64,000 bases of DNA from assembly GCA_000091205.1 (NCBI GenBank), contig AP006501.2; one strand, written 5' to 3'. The stretch comes from Cyanidioschyzon merolae. Taxonomy: Eukaryota. Shown one piece after another: positions 10,655 through 22,100 of this stretch (the first letter of the stretch is position 1; every line of letters begins with the position of its first letter). Below the pieces are notes generated by a model, which worked only from the letters and a program-made list of their open reading frames with translations, was not told the origin of the DNA and made no database searches. Position numbers and translations under genes: made by a program.

Positions 10655-13600
10655 CTACGAGAGTAGATGCCGATCCGCCATAAGCCGGACGTCAGCGGAG
10701 AGGTCCGGTGTCGACTCACTCGATGACGAAGCAAAAGTGTTTGCATCTCCAGTGTCCAGTGCAACATGCCCCTCGCTGGGAAACGTTGCCAATCTCACTG
10801 GACCAGAGGATACGAAAGAAGCGCTCTGCTCCCGTTCAGCAGTACGTGGCGCCTCCGACGCTACCCGAGCCGTCTCTGCGTTTGTCTCCACAGACGTGAT
10901 GGAGTCTTCGGCTGGAAACCGTGATAGCGGTCGTGAGCGCAATGAATCCTCGAAAAGTGGATCCGAAACACCTCCGGGACCCACACCAAACGCTGCTACC
11001 AAGTCATGAATCCGAGGATCCGCCGGATCAAACCATACCAAGGTAAACTGCTCCGCGGACGCACTCGCCTGCTTTGCACGTGAGCTGAGCTTGCGCTCAC
11101 CACTGTATAGATCCAATGGTGATGCCAGACGTTTGGGCACTCGAATAGAGGCCTGTCCGAGCCGTCCCATGGATAAACTTCTCGAATTCGCATCGGACAA
11201 CAACGATGCTTCCCCAGTGGTACCCGTTCTCGCTGCATTCGTCTCTGGTGCTACCGACCGCGGCAGCGCAGGTGCTACATCCAGTCGGATTAATGCCGGT
11301 GCATCCACTCGCCGTCGCAGCAACGTCCCAGAAGACGCACCCTCGGACTCGGCAACAGTGATCAGGTTTGGGTCTGGCGGGTGCCAACGAAGACCTCCCG
11401 AGGACACCGTCTGGGCTGCTGCCGGATTCGCAGCAGCCGTGGAGTGCAACAAGGACCAGAGGGCTTCATTTTCGGCACGTTGTTCATCGTAGAGGCCAGC
11501 TTCCCCACGCTCCTGAGCTTTGGTGTCAAAGAACAACGGCGTATCGGAAGGCGTGACTACGAGCACTCGACAGCGCACCGGCAGCGTCTCACAGGGCGCA
11601 TGAAGCTCACTCTGGTACTGTCCCAGACAACCATAGCGTTTGCAGAGCGGACGAGCGTGTTGCAGTTGTCGGGCTCCCTCGCCGTCGCAAGTCTGGAGGT
11701 AGACGGTTCCCTGGAGAAGGATGACGACAGCGGAGCGAAGGCGTCGTGCAATACACTGACCATGCAACGGCCCGGAGAGCGTCCCTGGGAGTAAGCGCGG
11801 CATTGCCCACACAACGAGCGTAGCTGTTCGCAACGGCAACAACATGGCGTCTCGACGCTTTTCGTAGTCGAGCGCCTCGGGTGGAAACAGCATTGTCTCG
11901 GTTGCTACTGTGCCTGGGTTCTCGTACATTGCAAAAGACGCATCTGGGAGGCGACTGCTTGTATCGCGCGTCTCGACGTGCGCTCGTGTGCCAGGACGCG
12001 TCACTTGAGCGCTCTCTGGTGCAGCGTTATCCGCTCCGAGGGTATCGGTACGAGCAGCGGCGAGTCCGTTGCTCTCTGGGGGCGTCTCTGCGTCATCGGC
12101 AGGCGACTGCACCGACGTCGACGACCGCTCTGGTTGGCGCTCCGTACTGGGTCGATCCCGTCGCTCCAGTTCCATGAAGCGCATACGCGTTTCCGTGAGG
12201 TACTCTTCCACGTTGGGCACGAGGTTGCGAGCACACTCGCTAGCAGCCATGCGTACGGCGAGTCGCATCCAGTCGTCCCGACTGCTCATGAGATTCCTGA
12301 AATTCGATGCTGGAATGAAGAAGACATGGGCCAGCTGGGAGACAACCACCAGCTCCAACGCCGACGTATACCTATACAACGAACCCGCCATGCCATAGCT
12401 CTGTCCGGTTACACTGTTGCTCAGGGTACGCACTTCGTGGGCGTCCTCTCGGGGGAATCCAGAGGCCGGCGCAGAAGCTTCCAAGTCTGGTGGTATGTGT
12501 TTGTGCTCGTGGTTGAGCGCTCCCGATGACGGTGCTGCGTCTCTCAAGCCGTGTGGAAAGGCACCAGCTTCCGCGGAGGCAGCGTGCCAGACGACTTCCT
12601 CTGCGTCCGCTGCTATCGTTCCATCGTCAGCAAAGTCGTCATCGTCATCGTCGACGACGTTGCTATTGCTGGTGTAGCGATCGTCCCGCTCTCGACGACC
12701 AGCTATTCCGAATACGTCGCTGATGAAGGCTCGCAGACGTGCCTCGGCAGCGCGTCGACGCGACGGCAGCGTGGCGGAAGGGACTGCTTCTTCGCCGGGG
12801 TATGGAGGCTCGACCATATCCCGAGGCGTTGCAGCGGTTTCTTCTGGCTGACGCCGTTGCCACCATCGCCATCGTCGCCAAAGTGTCGACTTGCGCTCAC
12901 GCTCTTGTCCAAGATGACTCGGCAGTGTCAAGGGCGCCTCGGTGGACCGCTCAGAACTAGCAGGGGCAACGACACCCGCCAGTGGCGCTGCGGACCCAGT
13001 CTCTGCTGTTTCCACTGCTTGTGGCCAGACTGAGGTGGTTGTTGGCTTGCGACGAAGCGGTGGAAACTCCTCCTCACTCAGAAGGTTCGCAATCATCGCT
13101 GACTGCCGTTGGATGCGATCCACGGGTGTCCGTTGCACCGCAGGGTAACTGCTTCGCAGTCCATTGTGGCGCCCTAAAGTGCCGTGTCGCGCCTGGTGGT
13201 CCACTGCCTGCATGTCTTGTCGCTGCAGCAGTAACTGCTCGTCCAGGTCGTCGAGATCATCACCAGCGAACTCGACATGCTGGGTCCGTACCTCGATCGC
13301 TCCTCGAATGACGTAAAAGACACCCACCACGAGGGTATCCATCCGTTGCACGACTTCGCCATGTGCGAACGCTCGTATTTGGCCTGCAGCTCGCCAGGCA
13401 GCGAGCAACTGTTCCAGTGCGTGTTCGAGAGCGACCCTCGAGCGATACTCCACTTCCAACCAAGATGCAAGACTGTTGCGCAAGCAGTCACCGATGGTTG
13501 GCAAAGGAAAACGTATGCTCACGCGCTGCAGTGCCTCGCGACGCATATCCAGCTGGTCCAACAGTGCCTTGGACTCGGCTTCGGTAAGCGTTCCAGTCGC

Positions 13601-16600
13601 ATACAGCTCCTCGATGAGGCGAGCTTGTCGACTCAGCAACACGTTCGCGGCATGCAGCGAGTCGCTCGCGCGTACCGTCTCCGGTGACAGCACCCGCGAC
13701 GAATGCAAGTAGCTCTCGCAACGGGCAACTTCCGCTTCCAGTTCAATAGCGACTTGCAGGTCTGCAATGAGCGTCAGGGAACCGTGTGGATCCGCGGATA
13801 CCCAATCAGTGCTGTGGACCATAACCACTGCCGCGGTATCCGCAGCGATGGTGGCTGCTCCCGGCGGGCTGCGCTCAGCCTTCTCGAGTGCCCAGCGTTC
13901 AGCTTGCTGGGCATGCCGAGAATGCAGTGCATGAACCAGCGCTACGGTCAAGCCTGATACAATGTCATAACCGATAAAAAGCCGGCGATAGATAAGCCAT
14001 CGGGCAAAGCGATGAAGAAAGCGGAAACGCCCACAGATCCCTACGATAAACTGTTCGAGACGGGAGAGGCCCCAACCGCCGGCCTGCGTGTGACTGAAGA
14101 CCCGAATCTCGTCGGTGTTCGTGGGATTGCTCACCTCGTCCATGGAACGATCAATAGCGGCATTCAAGAGCCGATAAGGTGTCATGGACATGGAACCAAT
14201 TAGAAACTGTTTCTGGACAGCAGCGCGCATCGCTAGGAGTGCTCTGCGACGTGACTCGTTCAGCTGGTGCAGAAACACAGCAGTTGCAGGAGGCCTGCGG
14301 TAACGGCGCGAGTGCTGTTGTTGTTGTCGTCGTCGTCGTTGGAGGATGCTGGAGCGCTCAACAGCGCTGCGTTCAGGTCCGATGTTCGTCGTCGCTGTTG
14401 TCCAGCGTACGCTTCTGGGACGGGCGCCCGCAGCAGCTGCAGTCATCCGCCGAGATCGCCCAGTTCGAGGCTGCTTTCGATCAAGTCGCAACCACCAAGG
14501 TCGTTGAGGAAGCCAACGGTTTCGCGCTTTGGCTACCTGGTGCTGCCGTTCGAGCTGAAGGCTCCGGCTGAGGCGTTGCATCTCGCGAGAATGGCGCTCC
14601 CGCAACGCCTGTGAGCCCGACATTCGATACTCCACAGAGGCACGCGGTACCGCTAGGGAAACTCGCGGTGGTCGAGCCACAACCAGTTGTGGCAGTGATG
14701 ACGAGCGCGGCAAACTCCCTTGGAGGCGCGCACTGACCCCGGGCATGGTGCCGTCACTAGTCCTCCAGGCTGCTGATGTTGCAGTAGCAGCAGCAGCAGC
14801 AGTAGTGGCGGTGGCGGTGGCGAGGATGGTGTTTCCTGCACTATTGCCCGAGTTGTTTCCAAAAGCGCTGTTCATCGTGTTCCCTGCAGCGTTACCAAAG
14901 CTGCTTCCAAAAGTGCTACCCATGGTACTCCTTGCAGTGCTCCCGGGTGCTGGCATCGTGACGAGATTGCCAGTACTTTTCGGATTTGTCGAGGTGTCAC
15001 TTGTACCCGGTGTGATACTGTTGCTCGGGTTGCTGTTGGTATCCATTAGTTCGGGCCCTGCTGCTGATGCTGTCCAGTGTGCTTCATCTGGTTTTTGGGG
15101 AGGCAAACGCTCCTCCATGTCGGAACTGGACGAGACGCCCATCACTTTGTTCGTGTCGCTGGCGATCGATATGGAGTCGGGGTGCTCACTCATGAGCACC
15201 GGTGTGCGAGTCGCCTTGCTCACGAGCGCCCGCACCTGACCCACCCGCAGCAGCAACCTGGATAGCTCTGCGGGCAGAATCGCCACTTGCCCCACAAAGA
15301 CCCAATCCGCAAACGTAAAGCGACTCGTGCGCTGCATGTCGAGCAGGATATCCAGCGCCTTTGCATGTAACCGCCGTACTTGGGCGCGAAACGTTCGCAC
15401 CTGTGCAGCGGAACGATTCAAAAGACCCAACCAACCGGCAACCGTTTTAATGGTTGGTGCCTGAACCATCAGCGTCATCAGTACAATGGTAGCCGTCCAG
15501 AGTTGAACTCGTGCATTCACGTAGGTTCCGCCCTGGATATTAGGTTCATGGAAGACAATCTGGGCTGCAATGAGCGAAATAGCACCGCGGAGACCGACGT
15601 GAACAATCAAGAGCGCTTCCCGCCACGTGAGTCCGTAGCGACTGCGTCGTAACACCGGATAGAGCACCACCACTGCGATCAGGCGACTGAGGTAGAGCAC
15701 TGGGTAGAGCACGAGGCCGTACGCAATGGTCTTGCCGTCGATACCGTGACGACCCCAGAATACGATCAAATTCACAACTGCAATGAATCCTGCGTATGTA
15801 AAAGCGATCGCATTGATGATCATCGAAATGACGGACCAGAAAGCGAGCAACGAATCCTGGAACTCAGGTGTCAACGAAGCAAAGCGATCCGCTCGAAGCA
15901 CCAGTCCGAAAGAGGCCACAGCGACAATGCCAGAGACGCCACAAGGACTCTCGCCGACATAGAAGACCAGGTACGAGAGCACAAATGTTGAGCCAATTTC
16001 GATTGCCGCATCCTTCCAGACTCGACGGAGGAAGACAAGTGTAGGGAGCGCGAAGGCAATTCCCAGTGCGAGACCTCCACCAGCGAGTCGCAGCAACTGC
16101 ACAAAGATGGCTCCAATCGACTGAGACGCATTCGGCTGCAGCCGCGTCAAAAACAGCACAAAGAGCGTGAACCCAGAGCCGTCATTAAACAAGGATTCGC
16201 CCTGGATCATCACCTGCAATGGTGTTCGAATGCCGCTTCCTTCGAGCGCCATGTTTACAGCCAGCACGTCAGTTGGCGAGATGAGCGCTCCGAACATCCA
16301 GCCAGCGTTGAGGCTCCACGGCGAGTCAGTCAATACATACGTGGTAAAGAAGGCGAGCAGGGCGGCGTCAATCACGACGAGAATCATGCTGAGGGCGAAG
16401 ATTTGCAATAAGAGGTTGCTGACGGTCCACCAGTCGATGAAGAGGGCGCTCTCGAGAATCAGCGGTGGTAACAGCACATAGAACAACACCTCGGGGTTGC
16501 GCACGTCGACCCAGTAGTTGAGCGAGGCAGACAACTGGGCCAAGTTCAAATAGCAGCCAGCAACGCCAAAGATGCCACCTGCGATGACCAGAGGAAAAGT

Positions 16601-16849
16601 ATACGGCACGGGTAAACGGTAGTGATCCAGCACGCTCTTGAAAGCGTATGCCAAGAGCACGGCTAGGATCGGAAACAATAGGATCATAAACGTTGACGGG
16701 GTCCATTCGGTGAACCCGTGACATATTGCAAAGATTTCCTCACCTACAGGGTCTGTTTCTGCTGCGGAGGCCGCCAGGTTTGTTCGAACGAGGGTAGCGG
16801 GCCCACGCAGCAGGTCGCTTTCGCTCGGGCACCAAGCACTCGTGTTCAT
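10655..16849 (-). CDS. Giant (2064 aa) SLC9C-type cation/proton antiporter. Order: N-terminal Na+/H+ exchanger TM domain, disordered linker, voltage-sensor-like S4 helix, cyclic-nucleotide-binding domain, then a ~850-aa low-complexity tail
   Basis: N-terminus (aa ~50-470, nt ~15440-16700) has NHE/CPA1 hallmarks: ISPTDVLAV, VMIQGESLFNDGSGFTLFVLF, multiple TM helices. Aa ~935-960 read GRFRFLHRFARWLIYRRLF, with Arg at every third position as in an S4 helix. Aa ~1085-1200 (nt ~13250-13600) read LLDQLDMRREALQRV ... FAHGEVVQRMDTLVVGVFYVIRGAIEV, which resembles a CNBD beta-roll. Single 6.2-kb ORF. Confidence 0.8.
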   Translation of the reverse strand: MNTSAWCPSESDLLRGPATLVRTNLAASAAETDPVGEEIFAICHGFTEWTPSTFMILLFPILAVLLAYAFKSVLDHYRLPVPYTFPLVIAGGIFGVAGCYLNLAQLSASLNYWVDVRNPEVLFYVLLPPLILESALFIDWWTVSNLLLQIFALSMILVVIDAALLAFFTTYVLTDSPWSLNAGWMFGALISPTDVLAVNMALEGSGIRTPLQVMIQGESLFNDGSGFTLFVLFLTRLQPNASQSIGAIFVQLLRLAGGGLALGIAFALPTLVFLRRVWKDAAIEIGSTFVLSYLVFYVGESPCGVSGIVAVASFGLVLRADRFASLTPEFQDSLLAFWSVISMIINAIAFTYAGFIAVVNLIVFWGRHGIDGKTIAYGLVLYPVLYLSRLIAVVVLYPVLRRSRYGLTWREALLIVHVGLRGAISLIAAQIVFHEPNIQGGTYVNARVQLWTATIVLMTLMVQAPTIKTVAGWLGLLNRSAAQVRTFRAQVRRLHAKALDILLDMQRTSRFTFADWVFVGQVAILPAELSRLLLRVGQVRALVSKATRTPVLMSEHPDSISIASDTNKVMGVSSSSDMEERLPPQKPDEAHWTASAAGPELMDTNSNPSNSITPGTSDTSTNPKSTGNLVTMPAPGSTARSTMGSTFGSSFGNAAGNTMNSAFGNNSGNSAGNTILATATATTAAAAATATSAAWRTSDGTMPGVSARLQGSLPRSSSLPQLVVARPPRVSLAVPRASVEYRMSGSQALRERHSREMQRLSRSLQLERQHQVAKARNRWLPQRPWWLRLDRKQPRTGRSRRMTAAAAGARPRSVRWTTATTNIGPERSAVERSSILQRRRRQQQQHSRRYRRPPATAVFLHQLNESRRRALLAMRAAVQKQFLIGSMSMTPYRLLNAAIDRSMDEVSNPTNTDEIRVFSHTQAGGWGLSRLEQFIVGICGRFRFLHRFARWLIYRRLFIGYDIVSGLTVALVHALHSRHAQQAERWALEKAERSPPGAATIAADTAAVVMVHSTDWVSADPHGSLTLIADLQVAIELEAEVARCESYLHSSRVLSPETVRASDSLHAANVLLSRQARLIEELYATGTLTEAESKALLDQLDMRREALQRVSIRFPLPTIGDCLRNSLASWLEVEYRSRVALEHALEQLLAAWRAAGQIRAFAHGEVVQRMDTLVVGVFYVIRGAIEVRTQHVEFAGDDLDDLDEQLLLQRQDMQAVDHQARHGTLGRHNGLRSSYPAVQRTPVDRIQRQSAMIANLLSEEEFPPLRRKPTTTSVWPQAVETAETGSAAPLAGVVAPASSERSTEAPLTLPSHLGQERERKSTLWRRWRWWQRRQPEETAATPRDMVEPPYPGEEAVPSATLPSRRRAAEARLRAFISDVFGIAGRRERDDRYTSNSNVVDDDDDDFADDGTIAADAEEVVWHAASAEAGAFPHGLRDAAPSSGALNHEHKHIPPDLEASAPASGFPREDAHEVRTLSNSVTGQSYGMAGSLYRYTSALELVVVSQLAHVFFIPASNFRNLMSSRDDWMRLAVRMAASECARNLVPNVEEYLTETRMRFMELERRDRPSTERQPERSSTSVQSPADDAETPPESNGLAAARTDTLGADNAAPESAQVTRPGTRAHVETRDTSSRLPDASFAMYENPGTVATETMLFPPEALDYEKRRDAMLLPLRTATLVVWAMPRLLPGTLSGPLHGQCIARRLRSAVVILLQGTVYLQTCDGEGARQLQHARPLCKRYGCLGQYQSELHAPCETLPVRCRVLVVTPSDTPLFFDTKAQERGEAGLYDEQRAENEALWSLLHSTAAANPAAAQTVSSGGLRWHPPDPNLITVAESEGASSGTLLRRRVDAPALIRLDVAPALPRSVAPETNAARTGTTGEASLLSDANSRSLSMGRLGQASIRVPKRLASPLDLYSGERKLSSRAKQASASAEQFTLVWFDPADPRIHDLVAAFGVGPGGVSDPLFEDSLRSRPLSRFPAEDSITSVETNAETARVASEAPRTAEREQSASFVSSGPVRLATFPSEGHVALDTGDANTFASSSSESTPDLSADVRLMADRHLLS

Positions 16850-17149
16850 GGAGAGCGACCTGAGCGACGCCCCGGGCGTGTGTTACAGCTTACCTGATTT
16901 TCGTTCAAAATTCAAACAACAAAGGTGAGCATCCGTTGTTCATGGCTGTGCGCTTGAAGCCAATGTGCCAACCAGGAGGATGAGGAGCAGCAGCAGCAGC
17001 AGCGCAGCAGCAGCGCGATACGGACGAACGAACGGCACCGGTGGCGTTCAACGGCATTCATGCTGGGCTACCTTTCGAAGCTCTGCTGAGGAACGACGAG
17101 TTACTTGGCGAGAGAGTTGCAATTCGTGGACGGAATTAGTTAGGAAAAA

Positions 17150-17560
17150 GTGAAAAGGAAGATTTGGATAGCCCAATAGAGCGAGTGCGGGAAGAGTGTA
17201 CGGAATAAGCTGAAAGTAGCAAGCTCTGGAGAACCGGGAGAGTGCCTTGAAAGCTCTGGATAGTCGCATAGACGAAGCGCACGTTGGAGTGTTAAGGTCT
17301 TTTACAAGTAAAAAGCTCAGAAAACTAGAGACACTACGTTGAAGGCTCTGGATCGTCCAACTGAATTGATGCAAGCCTGGGGGTATTAGCGTAATCTGAA
17401 AGCTCAGAAGATTCGAGACACGACGTTGAAGGCTCTGGATCGTCCAACTGAATTGATGCAAGCCTAGGGGTATAAGCGTAATCTGAAAGGGGAAAGCTCA
17501 GAAAATTCAAAATACTGCGCTGGCGGGTTTGGATAGCCCAGATGAAGCGATGAAGGTCGA
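17150..17560. repeat. Tandem minisatellite, ~97-bp unit, two near-perfect copies plus degenerate flanking copies. Lies 300-700 bp upstream of the NHE paralogue 1 start codon
   Basis: Unit aagctcagaaaattcgagacacgacgttgaaggctctggatcgtccaactgaattgatgcaagcctgggggtattagcgtaatctgaaag repeated at ~17311-17408 and ~17409-17507. Earlier copies diverged. Six-frame ORF 17048..17461 shows the repeated peptide QITLIPPGLHQFSWTIQSLQR. Confidence 0.75.
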
Positions 17561-19137
17561 ATCCGTTGTCCGATCTGAAACGAGCACTTCGCTGCTCGCC
17601 TGCACCTTGACTATCGCTTTTTTCCGACATTTTCTGATGTACAGCCTCGACAATTGAAGTATAGCAATAAGGGCTTCGGGATGATGCATATGAAGTTCCA
17701 GGATTCTCGTTTGCCTTTGCGGAGTCGCAGCTGTGACGCTGCCTCTGGAATTCACGAAACCATGGACGTCAAGATCATTCGCGACACCCTAGAAAACGGG
17801 TTCGTTCTGTACCCGATATCAGGATCCAGTTCAAAAGCGCAAGCCTCATCGCTGCTCTCTTACTTTGATGTAGCATGCTCAAATCATGGATTCTTCAATG
17901 TTTGGGATCCTTCTGTTGCAAGGCAACTTGGGGGCGCACCAATTCGCGCCCCAGCGTGGACAAGGCGAAAAACTCGACATCTTCTCTCTTGAGGACGTCT
18001 TCACCAGCTCATACCGATTGTGCACTGTACTTGCCTCGTCAAATACTCGACACCGTTCGAAAGCCAAACCGCCATTTCTATGTGGACATTGATGAAACCG
18101 GACTCGACAGCTGCGTGATGCCTCGCTCGGAATGTGGTACCCGAGTCTCCCGTCTTCTCTCTAGGGATGGAGAACCGTCCAGGACTCGGAGTTGGGTTGT
18201 CGGAGCGATCGCTTCGACCGAGGCGGGCTCCACCGCGTGGTACAACGGCAGCGCTCAGGGGCAGGAACTTCTCGGTATCTACTCCAGCAGGATGTTTCCT
18301 TCCTGTATGTGTTCCATCATGGACAATACCGCATACCAAATTCCTTGTATCCAATGGAAAATCGTGCCCTTGTGCGTAGAGCGGACAAAGCATTCGCCAG
18401 AGGGATCACCCATAAGCAGCACGTGATCCTAGGATACGGTGCCAGGCGTGGAGAAGCGGGTACGGTATCGAGGCGCGTCCGCGCTACGCTTCATGGACGT
18501 GTACAGAGCGGCGAGGCAAGGCGTTCACGCGCCACATGGCGGCTCCTGGAGATAGGATGTATGGCGGACATACGAGAGCACCTGACCGCAGTCCAGTGTC
18601 ACCGCTGAGAAGCGCACACTGAGGCTGTTACCATGGACGCTGAAAATAGCGTGCGAGGCATAGCTCGCAACTACCGCATGTGCATCAATTGCGTCGATCA
18701 TAGCAAGAAGCTGCGAAATGTGCATTTGAACGCTGCCACCAACATCCCCGCACTGCTCACGAATATGCTGGAGCGCAAGGCGCGATCGGAGGACTTCAAG
18801 CCGTACATGAATGACAGGGAAAGCAAGCAGAGGCAGGAAAACCCGCAACAGCTGGTTTTGATCACATCTTCAGCATGGGAAACATCGAGATTGAACGCCC
18901 GAGTTTGCCAACGGGACGATTTCAGATGGAGTCTAACAGAGGCGTCAAACAATGTCGCGGCCATGCCCTTGTTCAAAAAAATGTCGTTCCACAAGCGTCT
19001 GATGGACAAGCACGGCGAAGCGACGCTTTCATAGAAAGCAAATGTAATGCTTCTTCCTGGACAGAGACGCGTCATCAAGGAGGCTCTCGTTCCATATCTG
19101 GATGCGAAAACGTCTTCAAGGATCTCGTTGTCTACTC

Positions 19138-22100
19138 CTAGAACATGTGTTCCCGTGCCATGAGCTCTGCATCCCGCTCTAGCTGACGCCGATCCGGTGT
19201 ATTCGATTCAAGTACTTCAGAAGCTGGATCCGTGACCGCAGGGATGCTCCCTGCATCTTGTTCTGCAGAGAGGAAGGACGACGAGCCTTCCAGGACGGTG
19301 TCCGATACGCTGCGATGTGTCTCCCGCAGGTCTCTGGTCTGCCAAGGCGGTGCTTGGCCCGTGCTCCCCCCGCGGTACACCACCGGAGTGCCAGTTGCAG
19401 ATTCCTCGAATAGCAGTTGCAGGCCTGTATCCTCAACAGGATTGGCGACCTCTTCACTGTAGTTCGCTAGGATATCGACCAGTTCGGATCGAGAACGTCG
19501 CGGTGGGCGAGTATGTCGGTGTCGCCAGAGCTGCTGCTCAAGTTCCGTTTCCGTTTCCGTTCGGTGTTTCTGCTCGAATTGACGCATCCAAGGGCCAGCA
19601 ATGGATCCAGCATGCCCTCTGGTCTGTTCCGAACGTTCCCGGTCAGCAGACTCGGACGGAAACGTTTCGGTTAGAGAGACCATTCCGGACGGCAGCGTCC
19701 AGCTGCGTAAAAGCCCAGGACGCGTGCCACTTTCGCCAGCCGCTTGTCCGATAAAGCGCTCACCACTGCTGCCATCTGAACAGGTAGGATGCAGCGCATC
19801 CGTCCCAGCGCACATGATATCAGCGGGAACAGTGTTTCCGGGCTGGTCTACTTCACTCGGTTTCGAGATACGCGAGGTGTCGCTCATGGGTGCCGTCGTC
19901 GTCGAAAGTCGCTGTGCTCCTCTCCCGCGCCGACTGCTGACCCGCTCACGAGCCGCAGCCAAACGTTGTAACCGTAATGCACTCTGTACAAGGCGCTTTC
20001 GCTCCTTTTGGAGAAGAGGCTGGTTCAAATCCATCCACAGGAAACAGGGAGAAGTGGCGGTTTTCGATACAGCCGAAGCAACTGCATCGTTTCTGTCTGA
20101 AGCGGCAGCAGCAAAGAGCGCAACATCCTCACAGGGGCGAGCGCAACTCGCAGCGAAATGGTCCAGGCGAAGTACTGCTGGTGCGGAGACTCGACCCGCC
20201 CAGGTTTGCCACTCAGAAAGCGGTGACGGAGCATCGCCGCTGAGACTGCTCCTGTTGCCACCGCTATCGGTGATTTTGCCAGTCCCTGTACTGCCGTTTC
20301 CGTCGCTGCTGGTGCTACCAGGTCGTAACCGCTGCTGCGGCAGGGTTGCGTCATTTGCCTGGTGTAACGCCACTGAAGCAACGGACGCTTTCTCGTGATT
20401 GCTCAGAAACTGCAAAAGTGAAGGAATCGCGGCACCACGCAAAACAAGAAGCTTCGCAGGGGGCATTCCATCCGGCAACAAGAGCCAACGTCTCGGTTTT
20501 GTGTCTACTCGACGCGACGCATCCGCGCTCCGTATACCGCCAGCAGGCTGGACATCTGCTTCCCCTGTTACGGCGCTTTCGTGTTCGCGCTCAGCAGCGG
20601 GAGACGCTGACCCGCGCTCAACACCAGTACCTGTTTGGGAACTCGCTGTCGGCATCAGTGGCGCTCGATATCGCTGGAGCCACGGCCCCGCAGGTGTATC
20701 TGAGCCAGTCTCAGGAACGAACGCATCCTGCAGGATCTGGGCACCGTAAGCACTGGTGGGACGAATCTCCAGCGTTCCCGTAAGGAGTATCAGAATAAGG
20801 GACGGGGTTGCAGGTTCCAGCAACGGCACGTTCACAGCGCAGATGCCCTCGTGCACATGATAGACGCGTTCGTAGAGGCCGTACCAAGCCAGTGCACCCG
20901 TTACGTATACCTGATAGCGCAGGTTTGCTCGATCATCAGTGGAGCGTGAAGCGTCCAGCCACCACGGTGCTGCCTGATCCGAACGCTGCAGATAATCATA
21001 CATCGTGAACGAGTCCTGACGTGGTGGAAGCAGAGGTCTTCGTGTTGGGCGCGCTGCGGCACTGTGCGAACCTGCTTCAGTGGATGCTCCGGTTTCTGGG
21101 CGCTCTCCAAGCACCAGCGGTTGACGATCTACCAACGTTGTCGGAGCGGGTGTTGTTGGTTCGGGTCTCGTGGGCGCCCTGGTATCCAGCGGTACGCCAG
21201 ATGCAGCCAATGGCGTCGTGGCTATTGCGGCATTACCGCCGGCGCTTTTCGAAGGTATCCCCGCAGCTGCCGTCGTCGTCATCGTGACAAGTGCGGCTGC
21301 TCGTTGTTCAGACTCGGTTAAGGCTGCATTCCGGAGTGACAGCTCTGGACAAGTAACCGACTCTGCCATGTGTTCAGAATGTGGCCGTTGCAGCGCATGA
21401 AGGCTGTTTCCGTTACCGTCTTCCGTAACTGCAATCTGGTAGAGTTCAGAGAAGAACGTCTCCAGGCCCGGGATAAGGGCATCCACGAGCTCCGCGGCGC
21501 CTAGTCGGAGCGCCTCTTGCCACCAACCTCGCTCACTGCTCACCAGTTGCTGAAACGCTTGACGAGGAATAAGAAGCACGTTGGCCACCGGACTGGCAAC
21601 CACGAGCTCGTAGGGGTACCGGTGCGCAAATAGGACGCCACCGACACCATGCACATTGCGCAGAGGATCATCGTGACGAAGGAGCGACACCACCTCGTAT
21701 TCTGGGAGAGGGAGCAGGCCCTCCGCAGCTGTGCACTGCGAAGGCGAGGTGGCAAGCGTCAGACGCTCTTGTTCGGGCGCTGCAGCCGACCAGGAAGACG
21801 CAACGAGCAGGGCACCAGGTGTCGCATCGAGCACAGCGGACTCGGTTTCGAGCGCTTCACCTTCCAGTGCATCTTCACCTTCATCATCATCCCATTCTAC
21901 GAGGTCCGTTCCAGGGCGCATCGCCGACGGCGGTGTGCCAGTCGCGCAACGTGCTGTGCTCGAACGCGACTGGTGTGCCCCAGTGTTGCGATGATCCCCA
22001 CAATGATTACGATTATTGCTGCTGATGTTGTTGTTGTTAGTCCAGGTTCGATTCGATCGCATGGCATCCGCCCGACGGCAGGCAGCGCCCTCGCGCTTGC

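Noticed and set aside
11978-12529. Many 100-300-aa ORFs antisense to or overlapping the giant CDSs (e.g. 11978..12529, 19601..20398, 39062..39955, 41257..42156, 41273..42031, 32445..33137)
   Set aside because: They lie inside or opposite much longer ORFs that have clear domain content. Their composition is Arg/Ala/Pro-rich with no motifs. Long antisense open frames are expected in GC-rich coding DNA
20015-20045. tRNA-like T-arm motif ggttcaaatcc
   Set aside because: It sits inside the 2356-aa exchanger CDS. No convincing acceptor or anticodon stems could be folded by eye. Most likely coincidental
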